Part shown: positions 12,113 through 24,662 of the stretch, in pieces
How positions within the stretch are numbered: the stretch's first letter is position 1
Layout of the letters: each line of letters starts with the position of its first letter
From: Carcharhinus longimanus
Taxonomy: Eukaryota
Length of the DNA: 63,778 bases
NCBI GenBank assembly: GCA_030264375.1
Contig: JASCQW010000162.1
Span: forward strand, 56,973,074 to 57,036,851
Direction of reading: 5' to 3'
The notes under the pieces: generated by a model
The model's input: only the letters and a program-made list of their open reading frames with translations
Databases searched by the model: none
Told to the model about the DNA's origin: nothing
Position numbers and translations under genes: made by a program

Positions 12113-13171
12113 GAGTGGTCATGATGTTCTTACACAACAATAATCTCTCCAAAAAATACTTGCTCGGCTGTGAATTACTTTGGGACAACCCATAAAAGTA
12201 CAATCTTTTTTTCCTATGACTTTCTTCTTGATGGGTTGATAGGGGCAGAGAAAGAAGCCAAAACGAATTTTGGTCTGCACGGCACTTTATGACTACAACC
12301 AATGGAAGAAGTTCACAAAATTCATGTGGTGGCTCATTTTCATACAGACCAGCATAAATAAGATATGAAATCAATCTTCCATCTCCTCCTATCCTACCTA
12401 TTGCACACACTGATGTTGAATCCAGATTGTAGCACAGAGGCCAAGCGCAAATGCTCTCAAATGGTTAATAGAATTGGAATGTGCAAACTTGATCTGACAA
12501 AAAGCCTCTCACAGGTACGACAACATGCAGCTTGCTGGGTTAGCATTACAATTCAATGTTTAACAGCTACACTGATGAAATGTGCTCAATTCTGCACACT
12601 GCATATCACTGGAAGAAGGGGGAAAAAATTGCCTGTTAGAGAGCTTAATGTTGTTGCCACACAATTTAATGGTTCTATTCCCAGCTGAAAGGAGAGCTGA
12701 AAAAAGATCTTTCAGTAGTCACTCTAATATCACAGGAGATTGGGTTCAAATACAACCACTTGCGACAGGAAACATTTTCCTAGTCATTTGAATCTCTGCA
12801 TGAACAGAAAACGAGAATATTGAATATCATTTCTTCTTGAGTGTGCCATAAAAGTGATAAAACCTAGAATACTGAGTTTTAGATAGTCCTTGCTATGAGA
12901 AAGCACAGGAGCAAAGACGGAGTATATTGATTCTGTTTATGCATGTTGGAAGTCCAATCTGATTGTATTTTAAATGTAAATGGAAAAAGTGGTTTCTATG
13001 GTTTCCAAGTGGTTTATTTTTGAAAAAGGCGCATAGAGCAAGGACATAGACAAATTGATACACTGTGGGAGGGCAACATGAGAATATGAACAATGCAAAA
13101 GTTCTATCAGATCTGTGGCTGCCAGTTAGTGAGATAGACATCACAATAATATATCATGTCGTGATATTATT

Positions 13172-13380
13172 CGCTGGTGTTAAAAGCTGAGACATGCGCG
13201 TTTTGAATTGAATGAACAGTATTGACCTTAATACATGTTTCTGCAACAAGATTTTGTGATGGCTTTCTAAGAGTAAGCTCTTCAAACTCTCCCAAAATGT
13301 AACCATTGATAGGTACTGTCTTTGGAATTCATTCTCTGCCTCATTTTCCTCCCTCAACACACCCCTTAAAAGCTATTACA
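13172..13380. repeat. Copy 2 of the unclassified duplicated element
   Basis: Shared core aaactctccc..aatgtaaccattga..ggtact...tggaattca...ctgcctca.tttcc.ccctcaacacaccc. Confidence 0.8.
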
Positions 13381-13859
13381 TTGAACAAGCACTGGTTCAT
13401 ATGACATAATACACACCCACAGCGGTTGACAGTGAGAACGAAGAATTTGCTGCTCAGCCGAATCTCCATTCACAGCAGCGGAACTAGAGAATCCCAACCA
13501 ATATATTATGTGGCTTGATGGAATGCTTTGTTTTATATTGCTACATTTATAATGTGAAGTGCCTTAAGACCTCTCATTGCATTAAAACCATTGTATAAGT
13601 TGTTGCTATTCCATCTCAGTGTTTTATTGAATGCAGGTGTGGGCACTGACTGGGAATTCACTTGAACTTAAATAGACACAACCCGGAACTGCGATTGTTG
13701 GGATGGGGGTTGTATACTTGAAATGTATATCATGGTAAATAAATATAGACGTGTAGAAAGACTAACTCTAGCCCTGTCCTTCTAGTTCTGGCATTGTGGA
13801 GTAGAAATTCTCCACTCCCCCACCTGAGGTCCTTTGAAGCGGGGTCTCCTGGTCTTTTG

Positions 13860-14372
13860 ACACAGTTAGGAGTACTTTTGCCTCAGAATCAGAATGATGA
13901 GGGTTCAAGCCACATTGTAAACACCTGAACACATATTCTAAGCTGATTCATGCACTAGTGAGGGAATACTGCATTGTTCAAGACGCTGGGGTGAAAATAC
14001 TCTATGCAGCACAGCAAATCAGGTTCAAAACGAATCAGCTCTCCATTGTTCACTGCATCAGTTTTTATTTTCTATTAACTTAAAAAATTGTCAGAATTTT
14101 TAATTTCACACATAATTTCAAGGAAGAGTCAATGAAACCATGATACAAGTTTCAAAAAAGAATTTGAACTGTTGTCCTGTAAGGAGGGAGAAGAAATCAG
14201 ACAGAGTGAAAAATCTGCTGATCCACCACAAGCCTATTTCAGCTTGCTTTCTTTTGGATGAGGCACTGAACTGGAGGTCTCATCTGTTCTGGCACAGGTA
14301 GAGGTAAAATAACTCATTATTCAACTTGAAGAGCAGGAGAGTTCTCCTGGTGCCCTGAACAACATTTATCCT
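13860..14372 (+). mobile_element. DeuSINE split by a ~260 bp MITE-like insert (about 13988-14250)
   Basis: Head gcctcagaatcagaa...gggttcaagcc; Deu domain resumes at 14252 (gaagagcaggagagttctcctggtg). Confidence 0.6.
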
Positions 14373-16749
14373 GGGTGTGAAGTATAGAAGTGATAAATAG
14401 AAGCTAGAAATCTTAGAAAACTGTACACAAATTTGGATTTCCTCTTCACAATTTTATGTACTGACATCATTTGAAGGGATGTTCTGCATGCAAAGACTTT
14501 GGCATCCTAATTTCCATATCTCCTGCCTGCTCTTCAGTTTCCTTTTCCAAGGCTATATCAGATTGTTTGAAGCTGTTGATTAGCTTTTACTAGTTTTCTA
14601 AATTGGCATATATGATTGTAGGTTGGCTGTATTTTGCTTGAAGGAGACTAGGTTTAAACACTTACTACAGCATACATGGGACTGTGTGAAGCTCCACCTG
14701 TTCAATACATTAATTAATATTTCTTATGAAAGAACATTGTAACCTTTTATTGCTTTTCTGAACATCAAGAGATTATTACTTTGTTGAATTCCTGACAGAA
14801 AATAGCATCTAATATATGACCTACATTTTGACCTTTCCAGGCATTCATCCCAATGCCATTAACATTTCCAATTGAGACAGGATAAGGGCTTTGCCAAAGA
14901 TATAAATTGGATTGGCTGCTTAGAAACAGAGAAGACTGCCAAGAACATTTCCCTTTTGAGACTTTGACAGCCACTCTGCTGAGTATTAGCAATTAAGAGA
15001 AAGCTGGGGAAGAAGCAACACTGGCCAAAGCTTTCTACACAGCTTTGGACAAGGTGGTATGAACTCCATTGTGCAATGGGTCTCATATAAAGGTAAGTAG
15101 AAAGCAAACAAGTAGGGAAGTAAGTCAAAAATACAAGCAGTTGAGTATTTGCCAACAAACCAGACATTTCCCAACACTGAGATTAAGATTAAGTTCATCT
15201 CAGTCTGCTCTAGTTCAGTTTAGGAGATCTTAAATTCTATGCAGCATTGCTAAATCATATTATTGTGAAAGAACCGTAGTCTTGGCAAACATACAAACTC
15301 AACTCTGTTCTTTGGACTACTTTTGGCTGCAAGGTAGGGTGCAGGTCCTTCATGGCACTGGAGCTTACCATCACATTATAGGGCGACGATGAAAATAGAA
15401 GGCAAAATAAATTGGCAAGGAATCAAATCTAACCTCACTTGATACTATTTCTTTCCATTGAGGAAACGGTCAGGACTTCAACTGTTAGTTCAAAGAGGGT
15501 AGCAAAGCAGAGCAAAGAAAAGAGGAATGCATTTTTTAAAAAATGCAAAGTCAAATTATTTTATTGAGAAAGGAGAATTAAATCAATTTGTTTGTCATTC
15601 TCAACCCAGACTGTTTTTTTTAACTTATGTGAAGGAAATGTCTACAATGAGACAAGGATGTAATCTATGTTGTATATATTCGTGGATGACAGAGATAGCA
15701 GTTTTAAAACTAAGGCTGTACAACCTTGTAAACCTGAAGATTAGATCTCTCAACACTTGAGAGCCCTTTAATATGCACTAGTCATTTATCTTTAACATAT
15801 TATACCCTTAATAAAAGCTTCAGTGAATCGAATGGAAGGTTTGGGCACATGATGTTAATTCACTATCAGGTGTGCAGTCTACCTATTCTAATAGAAGCTG
15901 ATAATTCAAGTTCACAATGACAATCAAATCCAGATGGAATATGAAGAATACCACAGAAAGTCCAGCAAAACCTGACTAATTATCTTTGAAGCACGGGCCA
16001 ACTCATTATCAATTTTGTACATTCTCTCTGAGGTGAAGTGACAGTCACTCTGGAGTTTAAATCAGAATTGTAAATTATTCTAATAGGAGAACACTTCACC
16101 AAGCAAAGAGGATTTAATTTTTGCCAGTATAATAAAGGACTTGAGGTAGCCTAGGTAACGGGACAAGAAGCTGAGCACGGCAGAATTATTAACAAGGCTT
16201 CAATTAAGTATAATTTGAAAACATTTTCTTTTCTGAAAAAGTTATGCCAGTTTCCATTGCCAATTCACATGCATGGGAGATCACATATTGCTCTCAGTGT
16301 AAAACAACATATACCAGGGATCAGATTTGCAAGGTTCTTTCCAAGCAGTTTACAATGATGGCAGCATGATAATTAATTCTGCACAAAGACTGTCGAGTAT
16401 GCGTTGACAAGAGCATATTGGCTACCACCCACACCAACACTGTTGTCAGAGTGTAGGAATCCTTTGAGAGTGGTGTTGCATGTAGAGAGATGCAAACTAC
16501 TAAAAATGAATAATGAAGACTACTTTGTGGGAGAGAGCAGAGTTTTGCATCTGCTTATTCAGATGTGTACATTGGGCACTGCAAAACAGTATGCCAATAC
16601 TGTTGAAATGTCTAATTTCATAGAGAGATATCTGAGTGTTTTTTAATTAATTTATGGGAAGTTGACATCAGTGACTTAGCCAGCATTTACTGTCTATCTC
16701 TAATTGGCCTTGAGAATGTGGTGGTATATCATCTAAATAGCACACTAAG

Positions 16750-16865
16750 AACAAAGAACAGTACAGCACAGGAACAGGCCCTTTGGCCCTCCAAGCCTGC
16801 GCCACTCATTAGCCCAACTAGACCATTCGTTTGTATCCCTCTATTCCCAGTCTGTTCATGTGGCT
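16750..16865 (-). mobile_element. CR1 3' end running into a gap
   Basis: agaacaaagaacagtacagcacaggaacaggccctttggccc. Confidence 0.8.
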
Positions 16866-17009
16866 NNNNNNNNNNNNNNNNNNNNNNNNNNNNNNNNNNN
16901 NNNNNNNNNNNNNNNNNNNNNNNNNNNNNNNNNNNNNNNNNNNNNNNNNNNNNNNNNNNNNNNNNNNNNNNNNNNNNNNNNNNNNNAGCACTACGTTACT
17001 GAAATAGGC

Positions 17010-17342
17010 ATGATGTGGAGGTGCCGGCATTGGACTGGGGTGAGCACAGTAAGAAGCCTCACAACACCTGCCTAAATCCAACAGATTTGTTTGGAATCAC
17101 GAGCTTTCGGATGCTGCTCCTTCATCAGGTGAGTGGAAAGGTGGGTTTATTTGGGATCATGAGCTTTCGGAGCACTACTTCTTCATCAAGTGAGTGGAGC
17201 GATGGGTTATGACAGACAATTTCCATTGCCAATTCACATGCATGAGAGATCACATATCCCACTCATCTGATGAAAGAGCAGTGCCCCGAAAGCTCATGAT
17301 TCCAAATAAACTTGTTGGACTTTAATCTGTGTTGTGAGAATT
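17010..17342. mobile_element. Penelope-like inverted terminal structure with three hammerhead motifs
   Basis: Two tandem termini on - and one on +; same family as 4746, 28101 and 36961. Confidence 0.85.
17097..17132 (-). ncRNA. Minimal type I hammerhead ribozyme (Penelope-associated)
   Basis: Reverse complement UCAC-CUGAUGA-AGGAGCAGCAUCC-GAAA-GC-UC-GUGA: stem I UCAC/GUGA, intact core, stem II GGA/UCC, palindromic AGCU in place of stem III. Confidence 0.75.
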
Positions 17343-19629
17343 AGACCCATGTGTGCCTAAATAGCTAAATATGACTTAGACTCATCATCTAACTCAACTC
17401 GCAGAAGGGCATATGTTACACTGAGCTCTGGAAAAATCTGGCTTCCTGACAACATTTTTGAACAGATCCTCCATGTTTGGTAAAGTACGAGGTGGGTTAC
17501 ATTCTAGCACCTGAAGTATGGTTACCTTTTAATTCCCGCATATTCTTCCACTACCATCTGACTTTGGTACTACTTCGATAGGAGTAGCCCAATTACTCTG
17601 TTCTATTTAAGGGAGTGTTCTCAGTCTCCAGTCTTTTCAGTTTTTACTCTACATTCTCTTTTAGAGCTTAGCACACAGGAAGAGGTCTGGAATTAACTGG
17701 TCTTTGTGTTGGTATTATAACCTTGAATTCATTCTGTGGTTCCATTAAACAGCTGAGGGTACTTGGCAATCATGTAACTTACCTTGTGAATATTGCTTCT
17801 ATGCAAAAAAGCACAACAGGATTCTTCTTTTCACAACCCACTTGCACACATTCTTATTACTCAGACATTGCAGATGGTATAAACTTGCTTCTCTTGCTTT
17901 CTTTGCCTCTGCTCATCTCAATGCTGCCTTGTGCTTCTTTTCCTTTCAAATGCATAAGAACTGCAACCTAGCTAGGCAAATGACAGAAGAATACAAGGTG
18001 GAAGAGCAAGGATACAGTGCTATTGAAGAAACACCATAACTCGACCTTTCACACTCTCAACCCTCAGTTCAGAAACTGGCATTTTGGAGGGTGGATTTTT
18101 GAGGATAGATTTCTTTAGAGGTGGAAAATGCACCTGGTGAAAAACCTAATAGTGGCCTGTAGCCAGGGAAGGGGCCAAGTGTAGCACAGGTGTTACCTAT
18201 GTGTTTTGCGGCAGAGGGCTCAGCTGAGTACTGGGATGAGGCAGTGCACAGGCAAAGGTATCAGCTTGAGGCATTGGCAATTCCTCAGGGAAGCTTGTGC
18301 TCAATGGAGTCTGACACTAACTTTGCACAGAATGTTACGCAGAGTTTGAAGCCCATCTTTTTCAGTATGGACAGAGATTCATCCCCAAAACTAAACTTAA
18401 GGACACAGTGATGTTGCAGTGTTTTATGGCTGATGCCCCAGATTCCAACGCAGCAAAGCAGAAGGCAGTCAACATCTCTGGCTTTTTGAAAAGCTTGGCA
18501 GAAAATTACAGCAGTCCAGCAATCTGCCACGCAATAGATTGAAGATTACTGAGGCACTGCCACAAGGGAGCTGCAGTGTCCCCACAGAGTACAAACTTGC
18601 TGGCCACTCTCAGAATAACAGTGCTTGTCCACCCATCACTTTCAGCCCATTCTATGGCCTTTGCTATTACACATCAACTAGTCAATCCTAGACTGCTGTC
18701 ATTCATTCTTTGTGGTGCAGTCTGAAGCTGGGCCACTTTTACCCAGTATTTTTTAAAGTTATCCTCCAAGGCAATCTCTATTCTCCTTCTCTGAAAGTAA
18801 GTAGCCTTCCACCAGCCATTCTGCAGACATTATGATAACAGTGTCAGGGGAGAGGGAAACCTCTTCTCTTAGGCTATCAGAACAAGCCTGGACTGTTCTG
18901 TTCCCAAACCCACTGTGCCTGACAGGGTGTCCAGAGATAATCACAAAGGCAGCCAATCAATAGGCTCCCACCATGTCCACTTTCCAAATAAAGACAGTGG
19001 GCGGATCCCAGAGGCTACAGGTTGCCTGGTTGAGCCTTAGAAGGTCAGCAGCCGCCCTACAAAGATGAGTGCTGCCACTGCTGGGGAGTATCTCCATTCT
19101 GAGGGGCCCTCTGAAGAGGTTTAAATAGTTTTTCAATAAACTCTGGTCACAACTGTGAGGCCACAGCTGTGGAGAGAAAACTCCTGTGGTCCGCTGATGG
19201 CCACAGCTCCGATTTGATGGAAGGCATGTTAAAATAGGAGGACTCATGGACCTCCCAGGTCAGCTGTCAGCAAGCTACCTCCAAGCATCTGCTGGATTTG
19301 ACTGTCAATCAAACTCAGCGCCGTGTCCCAATCAGCTCTCAAATGGGTGTTTAATGATGCAGACTGGCAATGTGTTACTGTCAGCTGGGTAACCTCTATT
19401 GGTGCCATCTGCCTCCAGGTAGATTGCCTGATCACTGATCCAACCACCACATTTCTCTGAAACTTCACCGGGCCCCACCTTGAAGCCCATGCCCACAGGA
19501 CTGGGATGTTCCTCCCAGTAGGAGCACTATGATCGCCAACTGAAATAATGCACAGAGATGACTAGTTGATTTTTATATGGGGCCAAGTCATTTATAGATT
19601 TGGCTCAGAATATTTATTTGGTGGTAACA

Positions 19630-20331
19630 TTTATTTTTGCTTTGTGGTCAAGTGAAGACCGCGATGATCAGTGATGAGGGACAAGCACTGTTGCTGAACA
19701 GGGAATTAGATGTATTTACTGGAGTCGCGGTAAGATGAGTTGTTTGTGAGCAGCTAGAACATGGGTTCCTTGAGTGCATTCTCTTGCCCTTGAGCTGCTA
19801 GCCATATGGCTGCTGGCAAGGGTTGTACCCTTGTGATGGTAAAGATGTGCAGCATACACAAGAGCATAAAGGACATATGCCCAGAGTATCGCTGGGCTCC
19901 TCCAGATCAGTCCAGGCAGCGGAAGTATTGTTTCAGTATCCTAAAGTCTTTGCTACATTTTATGTGGCAGGATGCTTCTCTTTGTATTGTTGCTGCACGC
20001 ATATCCCCGAGTTACTGTTCCAGGACTTTTCCTGGAACGAGTTCCAGGACTTCTCCTTTTTATTGCCATTCCTCGATTGATCGTACTAGAAAGATCTGAA
20101 GGCATAGCTCACGCCGTCATGCTGCAGAGCATGACTAGAAAAAGCTGGGAGCTGGAAATTCCAAGATCGAGGAAAGCACCCCCTCCCTTGGGGGATTCCC
20201 GCACACAAATGGGAATCCCCTTCCAATACTGCCTCCACTAGGGGCAGTGCCTCTGGCGGATAACGGCTATGATACTTGCCCCCAGCAGCATCCTTTTGTC
20301 TGGATCCTGTTTTTAAAAACAAATGTTAGGG
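19630..20331. other. Unique CpG-retaining, hairpin-dense island; candidate structured RNA or terminal exon
   Basis: At least eight 6-10 bp stems; minus-strand branch point plus acceptor (20307-20331) and minus-strand AATAAA (19630-19635). Confidence 0.4.
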
Positions 20332-20547
20332 GATGAAATAGCAGGGAAGCCCACTAATTATATCAAAATGTATTGAAATGAGGCTCTCAACCTTCTTGGG
20401 CAGGAATATTGTTACTTCACTGGGGATATGGGAAGAATCAGAAAGTAAGATCTCACTGGTGCGATTCTCATTTTCCGAGCCTCGTGATATTTTCCACCCA
20501 CGTCCCTGTTGTGTGCTTGCGGCAGACGTGGATGCAAGATTGTGGGA

Positions 20548-22355
20548 AATGTTGTGGATCCAACCAGGGGTCAAGTTACTTTATATCTGGTAATGTGTAA
20601 TGGGAAGGTTTAGTGTACAATCTCCGAGTAAGCGATCCTTTCAGAAATAGTGACCATAACATGGTAGAATTTAGCATCCTCTTTGAAAGTGAGAAACTTG
20701 AGTCAGAAACAACTATCCTAAACTTAATTAAGGGTAATTGCAAAGAAATGAGGGTAAAGTTGGCTGGGGTGGACTGGNNNNNNNNNNNNNNNNNNNNNNN
20801 NNNNNNNNNNNNNNNNNNNNNNNNNNNNNNNNNNNNNNNNNNNNNNNNNNNNNNNNNNNNNNNNNNNNNNNNNNNNNTGGGAAGAGAATTTAGCAGAAAA
20901 GACGGTTGATTAGCAATGGCAGAAGTTTATGAAAATAGTTTGTGTCTCACAACAAGGGATATCCCAGTGAGGAGGAAGGATTCTAGGAAAGGGAAAAATC
21001 AACCATGATTAATCAAGGATGTTAAGAGTAGTATTAAACTGAAAAAAAGATATAATATGACAAAGATTAATGGTAAGACAGACAATTGGGAAAGTTTTCA
21101 AAACCAACAAAACATGACAAAAATATTAAAGAAAGAGGAGCTAACTTATGAAGATAAATGACAAATAATATAAAAATGGAGGATAGGAGTTTCCTTAAAA
21201 ATATAAAAAGGAAGGGAGGCCAATGTGAACATAGGTCACTCAGAGAAATGATAATGGGGGACCAGGAAATGGCAGAGGAATTAAATAAATATTTTGGATC
21301 TGTCTTCACAGTGGAAGACATTCCAAAAACACTAAATAATAAAGGGCATAAGGGTAGAGAGGAAATAAATACATCTACAACTATCAATAATGCAAAAGTA
21401 ATAGTGAAACAAATAGGGTTAAAGACTGATAACTCCTCTGGGCCTGATAGGTTGCATCCTGGGATATTAAAAAAGTAGCTACAAAGATAATGGATGCACT
21501 GATAGTAATCTCCCAAGAATCCTTAAATTCTGGAAAAGTCCCAGAAGATTGGAAAACAGCCAATATAAAACCCTTATTGAAAATGGAGGGTGACACAAAA
21601 CCAAGAAACTACTGGTCATTTAGATTAACTGCTGTCATCGGGAAAATGTTAAGAGTCTTTTACAAAGAATGTAATATCAGAACGTTTAGAAATACGTACA
21701 ATAATCAAACAAAGTTGGCTACACAAAGGGGAAATCATGCCTGTCAAATTTATTAGAATTCTTTGAGGTGGAAATGAGCAGGATAGATAAAGGAGAACCG
21801 GTAGATGTATTATACTTGGAATTCCAAAAAGTGTTCAATAAGGTGCCACACAAAAGGCTGCTTAATAAGCTAAGAACTCATGGTGTTGGGGGTAGTTTAT
21901 TTACATGGACAAAGGACAGAGAACTGGGAGAAGAGGGGCATTTTCAGGATGGCAATCTGTAACTAGTGGAGTACCACAGGGATCAGTGCTGGGGACATAA
22001 TTATTTACTATATATATTAGTGACTTGGACAATTGAAGTAAATTTATTATTGCCAAGTTTGCAGGTAACACAAAAATAAGTGGAAAGGCAAGTGGTGATT
22101 ATGATTAAAAAAAATGGGAATTGTAGTGAGCGGAGGGAGTGGGGGGGGTGACATGGACCATGCAAAGATCAGTTGACCTCGGGCAGGATTTTCCAGTTTT
22201 GGGGCAGTCACAGCTGTAAAATTCAGCCGAAAGAGTCTACATTGCAATATAGACAGGTTAAGTGAGTGAGCAAAAACTTGGCAGTTGGAAAATAATGTAG
22301 GAAGATGTGAAGTTATGTATTTTGTTTGGAAGAATAAAGAAGCTGAACATCATTT
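20548..22355 (+). mobile_element. CR1 LINE ORF2 fragment (endonuclease end to RT), decayed
   Basis: DPTRGQ, NSDHNMVEF, SGPDRLHPGILK, VPEDWKTANI, EFQKVFNKVPHKRLL, SGVPQGSVLG. Confidence 0.9.
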
Positions 22356-22722
22356 AAAACATAGGTTGATCTGCAACCTAACTCCATACACCTGCCTCTG
22401 GCCCATATCTGTTAATACTTCTGCTTCATAAAAAAAAAACTATCTCAAATTTAAAAATAGCACCTGATCTAGCAGTTGGAAGAGAGTTCTAAACTTCTAT
22501 CAACTGGTATGATCCTAATTTTTAGTCTACGCCCCCATGTTCTAGAATCTCCAAGCAGTGGAGCTAGGTTATCTTTAATTATCATGCCTTTTTCTGTTAC
22601 TATCCTGAAGACTTCGATCAGATCAGATTAACATTCCAAATTCTAATCATACCGGAATAAACTTAGTTTTCAGTTGGCTGCTTTGAATTCCACGTGCTGC
22701 ACACAGTCTCTTTCCCAGTATC

Positions 22723-22858
22723 GGCCAGAATTTTCTGGCCCTTCACATTGGCAGGAATGTTTGATCCTGCTGCAGTGAATGGAGATTTGGCAGAGCACCA
22801 AATTCTCCATCCTCGCTTGCAGCGGCGGCAAGGTATGAATGGCTAGAAAGTTCTGACC
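22723..22858. mobile_element. Harbinger-type MITE (~135 bp)
   Basis: TIRs ggccagaattttct / agaaagttctgacc; related copies at about 60720-60856 and 61880-62017. Confidence 0.65.
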
Positions 22859-23034
22859 ATAGCCTCTGCTGATTTTGTTGACCCGACAGTGCATTTGACA
22901 CTAATTTGACCCACTATCATGTAAAATATTAGGCAACACAAAGTCGGTGTGCAAATTTCATCTAATAAACTGTATGCTCAATCAGCATACCTGTTTTCAG
23001 GGGCTTTCAGATTTAACCTTCAGAAAGTCCCACA

Positions 23035-23460
23035 TTAATGTCATATCTTTCACAACCTCAGCAACCCGAAAATGCTTTACAACCAATTAAGTGCTGTAAT
23101 GTAATCCTTGCAATGAAGCAAATGCAGAAGCCAATTTGCACACAGCAAAGTCCACAAACAGCAATGTGATAATGACCAAATAATTGGCATTCCAGTGAGA
23201 TTGCCTGAGGAATAAATACTGACTGGGGCACTGGGAAGAACTCATCTACTCTTTGTCAAAGTAATGTCATGAAATCTCTTACACCCGCCTGACAGAGCAG
23301 ATGGGACTTCAGTTTAATGTCTCATGTGAAGACAGTGTCTCCAACCGTGTACTACTTCCTCAGTTTTACAGTGCCAGCTTCGATTTTGTACTCAAGTCCC
23401 CGGAGTGGGATTTTAAACCCATAAACTTTTGACTCCGAGGCAAAAGGATTGACAGAGTTG
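23035..23460 (-). mobile_element. Near full-length DeuSINE (SacSINE1-like)
   Basis: gccaatttgcacacagcaaag..cacaaacagcaatgtgataatgacca plus tRNA-like head near 23400-23450. Confidence 0.8.
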
Positions 23461-24054
23461 ATGGCTTTATAAACTTAAAAGTTCAAACAAGGTTCATCTT
23501 GCAGCAAATGTGTTACATTGCAACCAGTGTGAAGTTCATATTGAAGGGGCTTTACATCTGAAGTCAAATCTTGAATTTATAGCTGTTCAACTAAAGTTAT
23601 TTTGCACTTGTATTTCATGTCTTCCCTATTGATACTAAACTGATATAAAAGAATTGAACTACCTCATGAACTAAAAGCATATTCATAAGTGATTACCATG
23701 CTGCGATGTGGTTTGGTATACATAGATCAAATTTTGCTCTTGTAATTTATGAGGTCATTGCAATCTAGATTTATTTTGTAGACAGTTGTAGCAGGTACTT
23801 TTCTTTGCATTTAATAATAACATCAGAACTAGGAGCAGGAGTAGGCCATCTGGCCCCTCAAGCCTGTTCTGCCATTCAATAAGATCATGGCTGATCTTTT
23901 CATGGGCTCAGCTCCACCCACCCGCCCGCTCGTGATAGTAACTAATACATGAGTTAGGTCCCAGAATAACATTTTTTCAGATAGTGCATGAAGTTACTGT
24001 GTGGCATATGACATTCTTAAATGTTAATGTGCCATGTCAACGTGCATCAGCATC

Positions 24055-24315
24055 ACAAGATTTGTGGAACGGCAAATTGTGCGGAGGGTGTGGAGAGTCT
24101 GCAGAAGGATCTAGATAGGCTGGGCGAATGGGCCAGGAAANNNNNNNNNNNNNNNNNNNNNNNNNNNNNNNNNNNNNNNNNNNNNNNNNNNNNNNNNNNN
24201 NNNNNNNNNNNNNNNNNNNNNNNNNNNNNNNNNNNNNNNNATTGAATGGCGGGGCAGGCTCGAAGGGCTAGATGGCCTACTCTTGCTCCTATTTCTTATG
24301 TTCTTATGTTCTTAT
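24055..24315 (+). mobile_element. CR1 fragment spanning a gap
   Basis: LQKDLDRLGEWA before the gap; 3' tail ttcttatgttcttatg after it. Confidence 0.8.
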
Positions 24316-24534
24316 AAGTTTTACAAAAAATTGTATCCCACCAGATTAGGATTATTTAAGAGCCATATGATCATGAAGACACCAAAGAAGGCCAATCAGC
24401 CCATGACATCCATACCAGCTAACTGCAGAGCAATCGAATGAGTCCCTTTCCTCTGTTCTATCCTTGTAGCTTTCAAAATGATCCCCCCACAAACTAACAC
24501 CGACTTGAGTTCAACAGATCGAACCTCGATCATT

Positions 24535-24662
24535 GGGCAAATTTTTCTGTCCCACTCGCCACGTGAATCGTAGCGAGCAGCCTTGAGGAACCATGCAAAG
24601 GTCCATTGTCCTCAGGTGAGATTTTCTGGTCTTGAGGTGAGCACAGCTAGAAAATCCTGTCC
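24535..24662. mobile_element. Harbinger-type MITE with 3 bp TSD (ATT)
   Basis: att|gggcaaatttttct...agaaaatcctgtcc|att; related copy at 46925-47058. Confidence 0.7.

Noticed and set aside
20548-20600. Apparent minus-strand TATA box (gatataaag) upstream of the structured island
   Set aside because: It lies inside CR1 endonuclease coding sequence (DPTRGQ...LVMCN-like) on +.
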